From Antedon mediterranea (Eukaryota; Animalia; Echinodermata), in assembly GCF_964355755.1 (NCBI RefSeq), contig NC_092671.1, forward strand, positions 33,614,304 to 33,678,303: a stretch of 64,000 nucleotides of DNA, in the 5' to 3' direction. Shown one piece after another: positions 13,071 through 24,670 of this stretch (positions are counted from its first letter, which is position 1; every line of letters starts with the position of its first letter). The translations under genes were made by a program, and so were the position numbers. Below the pieces are notes generated by a model. That model saw only the letters and a list, made by a program, of their open reading frames with translations, made no database searches and was not told the DNA's origin.

Positions 13071-15148
13071 GTAAATAACAATGTTAAATATAATCATGTT
13101 GTTTTCAAAACTTTTTCATTAATGTATTTAACTTTATTTTGGTTGATCAAGCGCATAGTTCATAGTTGATTTTCATTTCCGAAAAGAAAATTCGTTTTGA
13201 TATACAATACAAGAAAAGTACAAAAATATAACAGAGCTGCAAAATTAATTAAAAAGGTGCATTAACTAAGTTAATTAAAAAGCATGATAGTTACAACATA
13301 AGATATATTATTAGGAATACATTAATTCTCAATCATGACTAAAACTACTAATAGTTATGTCAAATATCAATAGGCCTGTAAATTAATATCAGAACAAAGT
13401 GAAATTACACTCTTCCCTGCTATTATTATTATTACAAATTAATTCAAATTGAATGTAAAATATACAATCAATGAACTTTGTTTCTGTGTCACATACAGCA
13501 GCAGTGTAAGTATAAAGGCATATTAATAGAAACATAAATAAATAAAACACTAAAGTTACCACAAGAGATCTACAAGACTGTTGTAATGTCACAGACATTG
13601 GCCCTCTAGAGGTCAATCTGTTTAATGACATTCTTATTAATTGTCATTTCTTCTGAAGAAGCTGTTCAAGCAGGACAGCGAAAATGTCAAGCAGCTAAGT
13701 TTTGCTAATTTGTGGGTATTTTTTTGAAAGTAATTAGAACATTTTTAATCAACTTTCTATAATTCTTTTAATTTGAACATTAAATGTTTGTTTAAATGTA
13801 CAGTATGTTTATAATTTTATTTTTGTTTACTTACTTGTAATCATCATCCGGACAAACATGCTCACTACGAAAACTGCATAAATATAACATGAACACTACC
13901 AACATGTTTTAATGAGAATAATACTATATGGACGTCGTCTATATGTGAGACATTAATACAAACAACATTTGCTCATTATTATATAGTCTTTGTCCCCGTC
14001 GCACCAAGTTTCAAAATGTTTTGCATTTAATATGTTTTCATTGTAATATAACTATAAAACGGTAACTGACGACATTAATGAAACAATAACAAAATCAAAC
14101 AAAATAACAGGTTGTGAATAAAAGTTCGACCCACCAACATTATAACATTAAATACGAAAGGGGAAACATTATTATATAAACTAATACAATATAAAAGATT
14201 ATAAAGCTAAACTTTACTTTAAATCAATGTATCCAATATTATCTGGTCGTATAAAATACTATTATAATATTTAACGTTTATCACTAGATAATAGTAAATT
14301 GTTCTTTTTCTGTTTTTGTTTTTGTTCTTAAATGTTAAAGTTGTAGATGTAATTTTTATATCTACGTGGATTGAATTCTATAACTATAGCTCCATGGTAT
14401 TTAATAGAGTTCTTGATCAAATTATTTGTATATTTAGGAAGAATATAGTCATATTTATCAAATAATATATTAGGCGTATTTATAGCCCTAAATAAATAGT
14501 AAGATGGTTCTCACATTTTTATTCAAACTTTAGCTATGCATTTTGATTTGTATGAAATAACTAATGCCTTTAATTAACTGTTTGAATAATAAAACAAATT
14601 ATTTTTAATAACTATTAATTTCGAAATTTTATCACGGATTAGTAATAATAATTAATAATAAATGATAATTGAATTATTCCATTATTCATAAAAATATAAT
14701 TACATGAGAAACGCCAGATGTTTTTTTAAATTTTTTTTTTCATTGACCTTGATGATTGGTACATGGATGGATTAACATATACTTATTTTTAAAATATTAA
14801 AAATTAGTAATTAGGCCTATTTGCTTTTGGTCATTCTTCAGCAAAATAAGATGATAAGGCTATGCGTAACTAAGGCAGGCTAGCCAGCGAGCGACCAATC
14901 AGATATGCTTACCCAGCCAGATCTACTGACATTTGGCTAAATAATGTAACAAATATCGTATCGGTAAATTATAACATTTCACATCCCTTTTAAAATTTTT
15001 CATTTCATTTCATTTATTTCACTATCATCATCGCAGACTAAGCTGAATTACAAAGATATTTACATTTTCCCAATATTAAAATTTGTATAAAAATATAAAA
15101 CCAATGATAATTATATATAAAAAAAGATGCAATTTACACAAGAAATAC

Positions 15149-16701
15149 TACTCTCTTAATGTAAACGAGTGATATTTCCACTCCAAATTTAGAGTGAACT
15201 GATGTTCACTATTGAATGAGTGGTAATCCACTCAAATTTGAGCGACTGCCATAATTATTAAGCATAAAACGTACCACTCTTTCAACGAGTGTGCATGTAT
15301 TCCCGCTCAAACTGTAAACACCCACCACTCGACTCCGGGAGTGAAAACATTTGATCGAGGCAGCCAATCAAATGCAAGCATTTCATAACTTTTCATCGTC
15401 TTCTCGCGCGCGCCCGCGGGCCGGCCGATTGACTGTTTCTCTCTCTTTTTCTCCTGCCGCCGCATTTCGAGATGGAGGAATTTTTACACCAGATATTTGG
15501 TGAACAAGATCAACATTTAATCAGGATATTTAATGGTAAATTTACATTTAAAATGTAGCTTTTGTTGCCGTGTATTGTAGAAATGATTATGATTGTTTTG
15601 TAATATGTTTTATTTGCGTGTGAATCCTGGTGTGCTAACGCCTAGCCTACTAGCTAGGGCCTAGCCTAGGCCTACTAGGGAGGGTGCTGGCAACGCGTAC
15701 CCAAACCAACTCGTCCCCACCATATGCTAACTCGTATCTAGCCTATAGGCGGACCCATACCCAAATTGTTTTGGCATGGGTACGGTACGACGGGTTGACC
15801 TGTCTTTATTGTTTTCACTTTATTCAACCACTCTTTATTATTATAGACCCGGCTAGGCTACAAAAATGGTAGTGTTTATTATGTGATATAGACTACAGTA
15901 CCTTTTGAGTATCGGAGGATTTGTGATAAATTCATATTTTTCAGCTTTTTATACTGTATTTTTATATTTTTCAGGCTGGGACAGATGTGGACAGCTTTTC
16001 AGCAGGTAAAGACCAGACATATGCACAGCCATTTATCCTTGCATTGGGTGATGTTAAAGAACCTACAGAGTTTTTTTTATTATTGTTGATGCAACATCTA
16101 TTCCTTGTGGTACCGTAACACAATTGTTCAGGCAATTGATCGACTTTTTAAAATTCATTATATGTAATGTCCATTTGCCAGTCCGCTTGTGACCTTTTTC
16201 AATTTCTTTGAAGGTCTCTTATACGAAATTACAACAAACATCAAACCAACTGTTAGGGAGTTATATTCCCATCTTATACAATTGTGTTTTAAATGCATGT
16301 TTTTATAGCTACTACCAAGTTTGGGATCTCAAAAGCAGCCTTGCAGACGGAAGACACAAGTAGAAAAAGAATACGCTAAAAATACCACTCCTAAAAAAGA
16401 GTGGTTTCTTTTCACTCATTTATGAGTTGATTATTTTCACTCTTTTTGAAAGAGTGGGTCACTTTCACTCTTTTATGAGTGTATTATTTCCACTCTTGTT
16501 AAAAGAGTGTTGAAAATGTTCACTCTTTTTAGAGTTGGTTTCACTCATTTTAGAGTGATTTGGTGACCACTCTTTTTTTCACTCCAAAACGAGTTGTCCC
16601 TCAGTTAACTCTTTGAAAGAGTGGAAGTTCACTCTAGTTTGAGTGGTTTCTCACTCTTTTACATTAAGCAGGGAGTAACAACTCCCTGCATTAAGAGAGT
16701 A
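15149..16701 (+). mobile_element. Non-autonomous CACTA/EnSpm-type DNA transposon carrying a spliced accessory-gene remnant
   Basis: TIR TACTCTCTTAATGTAAA..GAGTG, 3-bp TSD tac (15146-15148, 16702-16704) and many subterminal CACTC/GAGTG repeats. Exon remnants at ~15472-15535 (MEEFLHQIFG...) and ~15976-16290 (QPFILALG..AIDRLFKIHY..FFNFFEGLLY), degenerate. Confidence 0.75.
16669..16688. mobile_element. 20-bp TIR-only insertion with 7-bp TSD (same family as 8118-8147)
   Basis: cattaag|CAGGGAGTAACAACTCCCTG|cattaag. It interrupts the right TIR of the CACTA element, whose left TIR shows the empty site. Confidence 0.85.
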
Positions 16702-18577
16702 TACAGGAACATTCAAAAGGTTTAGCTTAAAATATTAAAATAAAAAAAACACCTAACAGGGCCAAAAAGAATCACATAGCTGTACTGGGTGATATATAAT
16801 GATTATTCATTTAGAAGCGAGATAAGGTATGGTATTGCACTTTTTCTATATCTTTCAACTCTGCATTTGGGTTGTTGATACTTTACACGTCTTAGTTTCA
16901 TGTTACTTACGCCCGTATTCTTAAACCGGACTTTAGTCGTAGTTCGAGCTAAAACTAAAAAAATGCTTATATATTTCCCGAGAACTTAATATCATTCCCG
17001 AGGGGATGTCTAATCTTATATTTTACCGATATAAAATGCGATATCTGTTATATTACATAGCCAACAACAAGTAGAATATCTGCTGGGTCGAGTAGCTAGG
17101 CTAGGCCTCCTTTTTGTATTGTATGTAAACAAGCTGCCCAGACCTTTCGAAGAATAATAAACAGATAATTACTAATTAATGGAAATAAAATATTCACTAG
17201 CCTACGTCGTTTAAATAATAACAGAAGAAATTCTATCAATAAGCCTACATTTATAATAATATTATTATCAGGTAGGCCGAATAAATAATAATTTGTCTTC
17301 TTCGATCGAGCCGAATCACCGGATGTTCAGTGCGTCGCGCGCGTATCGGTTACTACTGTGAGTATTAACCAATCACAAACGGTCTTTCATCACATCTAGG
17401 CATCTAGGGAGGACTAATAACAAATGAGGGCGCTATGTATGCATAGTTTAAATAGTTTAGTTGACTAACTTCTTCAAGCAAGTTCCGTGGCGCAGCGCAT
17501 GAAGCGTTGTCTTGTGATGGAGTGACAATTGCATCGCAAGTTTGCATCGCAAGACCTTGTTTATTTATCGGCAAACGCGAGTGTTGCACACGAAAATTAC
17601 ACAGTCAATATCATCGTACTCGAGAATTTATATGATTAATGACAGGGGACTCGATAATTACGCGAAAATTACACAGTCAATATCATCGTTCTCGAGGATA
17701 TATACGATTTACGATCCTCGCAGCGGTATGTGATGCAGTTTCAACCAATCACGTTCGCGTATTTACATAGGCTATGTAATATAAATCAATACTTGGTCTG
17801 CTTTGGGAAGTTATAGCAAAATGGTTGTTTACAAAAATACTTATACCAGGATAGTCATCCTGCGGAATATCCTCTACACTAATAAGTGGTTGGGGTTTAG
17901 TTTTATTAGGTAACATCTGCACGCCTTGGTGCCATTTATGGGGAATAGTGGCTTTTAAGTTTAATAAACGTTCATTGTAAAAGTTCATTTTGTCTTTCTT
18001 GATCACTCTTTGTACCATATTCCTATAGAAATTTCATTCCAGCGATTTACCATGATTAGTAAAAGCGTGTTGACGTTTCATTATAAGATCCTTTGCTTGT
18101 TGCGAAATCCATGGCTTATCAGTTGGATGTATCTTAATGGATTTAACCGGGAAGAAAGTGTTCATAGCAGAAGTCAATGACAAATAAAATGATTGCGTTT
18201 TCTGTTCAGTAGTACTCGCGTTAATAACCTCGTTCCAGTCATGGGTAGTTATCCAACGGCCAAATTCTTCAACACTTTTCGCTTTCATTGGTCTGATTAC
18301 ACGCTTTTGGATTGTGTTGCTATTCGTCCTTGTAGTTGCTGACAACAGAACACAAATATGATCGCTAGTAGCACCCATCGGCGACACAATTCGGGGATCG
18401 CAATAATAATGCTTTAGATTGGTGACTATAATATCTAGTATTGCATCCCCTCGCGTTGGTTCTTTCACAATTTGTTTTAGGTTATGTGCACGGCATAATG
18501 GGGCTAGGTCAGTTCTGTTCAGGTCCCCCATAATAATGAAGCCAGCGTCTGGGTGTTTAAGTTTAAGACTGTCACGA

Positions 18578-21143
18578 GTTCAAGTTCAAGTTCAAAAAAC
18601 ATTAATTTATTCAACAATGGCATTATACAGTATAATATAATTATAGGTGTGTACATAAATGAAAACATAGTAATAAGCCATCATTTGGGGTCTTCTCTAG
18701 AAGAAAACAAGTTTCTTGTCTCGAGAAAGACCCCAGAAACAATACACATACATTTAAACTAATACAATTTACTACATAAAATAATAAATAAAAACAAAAA
18801 CGATGAAATAAAAATAGATACTTTCAGTGTACTACAATCATAATAATATTAAAATTAGTATAAAGAAATAAGATATTTTTTAAAATTTTTACGAAAAGTA
18901 TAAAGAGATTTAAAATGCTTTAGTTTATCATCAAGATCATTCCAGATTCGCGGTCCTGAAACAGAAACAAAATATTCGGAAATTTTCAGTCTAAAAGGAG
19001 GTACATAAAGATGCTGAAATTTATTGTCGATACGTAAATATTACTTGTGTGATTTTGTATGATGACTTAATAGATTAGACATTGTCACAGGGAGTTTGGT
19101 ATTAAAGAATTGAAAAATAAAGGAAGCAATTTGTGTTGTAAATAGATCATGTAGACTAAGAATATTGAGTTTTTTAAGTAAAGGTTGGGAAGGGGCGAGA
19201 TAGTGAGAGAAAGTAATAATACGGGCAGCACGTTTAATTTGTTTATTAAGTTTTTCTAAATTTGATGGGTAGTCGGCTGCCCAAATAATGTTGCAATAAA
19301 GAAGATGAGGTTGTATAAGGGTGTTATATAACAAGAGTAAGATATGTTGTGGAAAAAAGTGTCTTAATTTAAAAAGGATGCCAATTACTTTAGATATCTT
19401 TTTAGATACATACGCTTGATGACTGGTCCATCTCAAGTATTCATGTAGATAAACTCCGAGGAATAGTACTTTGGGTTTACGTTCAATAATATTATTGTTA
19501 ATGTAAATATTAAGATTAGAGAAATCAATTTGTCTTTGTTGAGTACGAAATAAAATGTAATTAGTTTTCTGTACATTAACAATAAGCTTATTTGAGATGA
19601 ACCAATCAGTCATTTTATTTAGTTCAGTGTTGACGGTGTTATACAAGACATTGATATCAGATTGAGAAAACAAAATCGTAGTATCATCAGCAAAGGATAT
19701 GACTTTCAGAGTGTCACTTGATCTAGAAAGATCATTTACATTAATTAAAAATAGTAGTGGTCCTAAAACCGACCCTTGAGGCAATCCGCAATTTACAGCC
19801 TCCACTGATGATTTAAATGAGCCTAACGCAACATACTGTTTACGGTTTACTAAATAACTTTCAAACCAGTTTAATGCAATTCCTCTAATGCCATAATTAA
19901 ATAATTTACCAAGAAGAATTTTATGATTAATGACATCAAAAGCTTTTGACAAGTCTATAAAAACGGAGAGTAAAAATTGTTTATTGTCAAGAGATGAGGT
20001 GATGTTGTTAACAAGATCCAGAATTGCATGGGATGTGGAATGGTTATGACGGAAGCCATATTGGTGAGTATAAAGAATGTTGAATTTAGTAAGGTAATCA
20101 TAGAGTCGCTGGTGCATGAGTTTTTCTAAGATCTTGGAAAAAGCACTAAGAAGGGAGATAGGCCTGTAATTTTTAACTTGGCCCTTGTCACCTTTCTTAA
20201 AGATTGGGAAAACTTTAGCTATTTTTAATAAATTTGGAAATACACCAGATGAGAATGAACAATTTATAGAGAAGGTAAGGTGGTCAATTATGTACGGCAG
20301 TATTTGTTTGATCGTACGTGAAGTGATATTATCGTCACCAGATCCTTTATTAGGATTTAAATTGTTGACAATAATTATTATTTCTTCTTTTGTAACAGGA
20401 TTTATAAAAAAGGATTGAGAAATTGGATTTGGTAAATATGAGATTGGATCAATATGAGGGTCAGGCATAGAATTATTTAAATTTGAACCAACTGTTGAAA
20501 AGTAATTATTAAATGAATCGCATATTTCTTTAGTTGATGTAATTGTTTCAAAACCGTTATTTATGAGGGATGGGAAATTGTTTCGATTTTCTGGTCTTAA
20601 TACAGAATTTATTATAGCCCAGGTCTTTTTAAGGTTACATTTTACATTTTGAAATTTTGATATATAATGCATTCTTTTTGCGGTTCAACAGAGTTTAGTG
20701 TACATATTTTTATAATTTTTGTATATACTTTTATGTTGAATATCATGAGAATAAATATATTTTTTATAAAGTTTTTGTTTCTTTTTGCTACTTTTAATTA
20801 AGCCAGGTGTCATCCAAGACTGTTTTGCTTTCATTTTATTTGATACATTATATTTATTTTTAATATGTTTATTATGAATTTTATAGAATGTGTTAAGAAA
20901 TTTATCAAAAGATACGGGTTGGTCACAATCGTAAACCTCAGACCAATTTTCCTCAACCAAATCACCACACAAAGCATCAATATCTATTATACGAGATGGT
21001 ACATTGTCGGTGTCAGTATGGTATAATTTTTCATCTACTATATGAAAGATAGGAAGGTGGTCGGATATATCAAAAATAAATACACAAGAATGTATTTTTG
21101 TATCAATAATATTGGTGTAAAAATGGTCAATCAATCAATAAAG
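18578..21143 (-). mobile_element. 5'-truncated CR1/L2-group LINE with reverse transcriptase
   Basis: ORF 19041-20672 carries NYRPISLL, DLSKAFD, GLPQGSVLGPLLF and FADDT. ORF 20685-21134 carries the endonuclease C-terminus (IDH..SDHLP). The 3' end has AATAAA followed by a (TTGAAC)n tail at ~18578-18612. Confidence 0.92.
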
Positions 21144-21521
21144 AGATTTAATAATATGATCCAAAAGTAGTTGTTGGTCAGAAGAATTAAGTGGAATATA
21201 TATATTCCACAAACTATAATAGAGGATACAGCTCTAGGAAGCCTCTTCGGTCTTATAAAAACCCAAACACACTCTAGCTCTTCGGGTACTACTATTTCAG
21301 GTATTCTGCGCGACAGAAATTCAGAATTAACATATACGGCCACTCCACCACCCTTCCTATGCGTTCTATGACCTCCAGTGGCGCTGTGCAACACGGCGAC
21401 ACAGCTCGTCTCATTGTCTCACTGTTGTTACTCATTTTTTGACGTTATTTTCGTATATTTGGACTGTATTGTATTGTGGAAGAAGTCATTTGATTTATAC
21501 ATTATGTTGTATGTGAAAGTA

Positions 21522-23338
21522 TGGAACGCCGTTTACGCAACATTTCGATGATATTAATTTTATGACGCGGTATGAGAATGAAATGCATCGATATGAATTG
21601 AATGACGCGATATATGAATGAAATGTTTTGAATTGAATGCTTTGAATTGAATGTTTTGAATGAAATGTTTTGAATAAAATGTTTTGAATGAAATATTTTG
21701 AATGAAATGTTTTGAAAGAAATGTTTTGAATGAAATGTTTGAATTGAATTAAAAAGTCAAACTATTGGTGGCGTATGTCATTCCCGCTCGCGATTTTTTT
21801 CTCAACCTCTTATGCCTAAGCCTGGGTGCGATTTTTTTTTTCGTACATAAGTTGGGGACCCCCTCATGAAACGTCACAAAATATACATGAATAATTCATC
21901 AGTTAAATGTTCTTGTTCCGTGTGCACCCAAGCGTATAGCAACAAGAAGTGAAGTGAGGCCTATCTCCGCGCTGTTGTTGCGGCGTGCGATTTCATAGAA
22001 GAATAGCGGTGTTTTGTGTGGATTGTCGAAATAATCAGCCTTTAGTTTATGATAGTGTTTTTAATATAATTTATTACTAAAGAATTACGTGTTAAAATTA
22101 TAGTTTCTATTAATACTATTAGGCCTAGGCCTAATTATTAGTCTCTAAACATATGTCTATTCTAGTAGAGCTGTGTGTGTGTGTGTGTTATAGGTATGAC
22201 ACAATCCGAGTAATAAGTCAGCAAAATTAAACAATAAACATTACACAAAAATACATTTTTTATTCTCGTGGGTCTAATCTTCCCATCGCATGTGTTCATA
22301 TACGCGCATTTTTAAAGTTCCTTTGAGTACATGCGTTTGATAATAAATAGCAGAATTAAAAAAAATACAGTACACAAATTATACACATTCTTTATTCTTT
22401 TTGTGGGTCTAAGCTTTCTTTGGGCTATGTCCAATGAATTACTACTTAGTTTAATGTCTTGCCTAGCTGTCGATTAGCCTCGACTCGACACATTTTGTGT
22501 GAAGAAGAGTGCGCGAAGGAAATCGCGTGAATTGACTTAGAATCCTAGGCCTACTGTAGAAAGTATCGTATCGCAGTTGTGTAATCGCTTCTTGTTGCTA
22601 TACGCTTGGGTGCACACGGAACAACACATTTAACTGATGAATTATTCATGTTTATTTTGTGACGTTTCATGAGGGGGTCCCCAACTTATGTACGAAAAAA
22701 AAAATCGCAGCCTGGGTACCCTGATCTCCTTTCCACGCTGTCATCAATATGGATCCTTTACAGAGAATCCTAACAGACCTTAAACAGTTGAATGCATATT
22801 TCCATACCCAGATCTGTTAGGATTCTCTGTAAAGGCAGCGTGGAAAGGAGATGAGAGTACCCAGGCTTAAGAGGTTGAAAAAAAAATCGCGAGCGAGAAT
22901 GAAATACGCCGCCAATAGTTTGACTTTTCAATTCAATTCAAACATTTCATTCAAAACATTTCATTCAAAACATTTCATTCAAAACATTTCGTTCAAAACA
23001 TTTCATTCAAAACATTTCATTCAAAACCTTTCATTCAAAACATTTTATTCAAAACATTCAATCCAAAACATTTCATTCAAAACATTTTATTCAAAACATT
23101 TCATTCAAAACATTTCATTCAAAACATTTTATTCAAAACATTTCATTCAAAACATTTCATTCAAAACATTTTATTCAAAACATTTCATTCAAAACATTTC
23201 ATTCAAAATATTCAATTTAAAGCATTTAATTCAAAACATTTCATTCATATATCGCACCATTCAATTCATATCGATGCATTTCATTCACATAACGCGTCAT
23301 AATTCATATCATCGAAATGTTGCGTAAACGGCGTTCCA
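21522..23338. mobile_element. Foldback-type non-autonomous DNA transposon with TA target duplication
   Basis: Long terminal inverted repeats TGGAACGCCGTTTACGCAACATTTCG... containing 15-bp tandem units (TTCAAAACATTTCA-like). The inversion extends to 21830-21950 versus 22590-22708. Flanked by TA at 21520-21521 and 23339-23340. Confidence 0.85.
22709..22867. mobile_element. Small palindromic MITE nested in the right arm of the foldback element
   Basis: AGCCTGGGTAC...GTACCCAGGCT ends with internal inverted ATCTCCTTTCCACGCTG / CAGCGTGGAAAGGAGAT. Absent from the mirror-image left arm. Confidence 0.7.
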
Positions 23339-23588
23339 TATGAAAGTTTTGAAATTTCTGTATTTCTTGCTGATATTTTGGCTGTTCTTACTGTGTGGAT
23401 TGAGTAAGCCGGGCGGTGGAATTGCGTACACGTCATCTGATTTGCATTCCATGGGCGAGAGGTCGATCTCACCGCTATCGGCACACGTTGAATTACCATC
23501 CGAGATACAACGTCGCAGGCCTCGGAAACGGGGCAAGGCTGGTGGGGTCAGGAAGCGACTACAACGAAGGAAATGTAAGCCTTTTATA

Positions 23589-24670
23589 GGGGTGTCACGA
23601 AACCTAAGACCACGAAAGCTAAGACCCCCTAAGACCTAAGATCACGAAAGCTAAGACCCAAGACCTAAGATTACAAATTCTAAGATATACTACAGCTTAA
23701 AAACAATACTTTGTTTATCCATACATAATTTTAAACACAGTAGGTTTCATTTATTACCATAAATATAATTTAATAATACCGCAAAACATAGATAAACTCA
23801 CATTATTTTCGCACGTTGAGTAAATGTATATTTTTTCTTTACAACAAACAAACTTGACGGGTTGTTTGTTGGTATATATTTACTCCAATGTGTTGGTTCA
23901 GAGGATGTTTTTCTTACGCACCTGCCTTTCTTGTATTTTGACTCCAAATTTGTTGACTAACTTTATCCTGAATACCACACTTTAAAATTAGGACTTATAA
24001 GTACTTTCAGAAGGAGAAACACATAATAACAAATAAATAAATCCTTTCCCATCCTGATTTTACAGACGTGTTTCTTTGTATACTGTAATGTAACTCCTCG
24101 AGCTCCCCATGCTCAATGTTTTTGTTTATATGGAGCGCCAAAAGAGCAACAATAATAGTACAAGTATAAAAAAGAAAGAAAACGAAAAAAAAAAAACTTA
24201 TCATAGTTTTTAAGTTAAAATTTATTTGCCAGTATTTATTTCTTCGTACTTGCATGATTATACTATTATCATTACAATTTTAATTTTACATTGTTCCATC
24301 CACACTGTAGATGGACTCCACAGAGTTTTCAGCCCTCTATATAATTTTTGCTCTTTTGACGTTCCATAGAAACAAAAAAATTGAACATGGGGTAGGCCTA
24401 CTTCTAGTGTGCTGTAGGCTAGTCATTTTGTGTGCGAGAAAAACGTCTGTAAAATCATCAATTTAAAAATGTATTTGTTACTTTTTATGTGATTCTTTTT
24501 CATGAAAGTGCCAATTCTAAGGTGTGGTATTCGGAATAAATGTTGGGAGTTAAAATACAAGGCAGGTGCGAAAGATAAATATTTGTAATCTTAGGTCTTG
24601 GGTCTTAGCTTTCATGACCTTAGGTCTTAGGGGGTCTTAGCTTTCGTGGTCTTAGGTTTCGTGACACCCC
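23589..24670. mobile_element. MITE with ~90-bp TIRs and 8-bp TSD
   Basis: GGGGTGTCACGAAACCTAAGACC... / ...GGTCTTAGGTTTCGTGACACCCC with TSD cttttata at 23581-23588 and 24671-24678. It splits the LINE frame between KCKPF and IPSLIFGNVRS. Confidence 0.92.

Noticed and set aside
892-17733. Numerous 60-90 aa ORFs in the supplied track
   Set aside because: AT-rich or repeat-derived chance frames with no motifs. The real coding signal here is in short spliced exons.
22851-23327. 158-aa ORF with repeated KHFIQNISFKTFYS
   Set aside because: It is a reading of the 15-bp tandem units inside a transposon TIR, and the mirror copy lies at 21600-21760.
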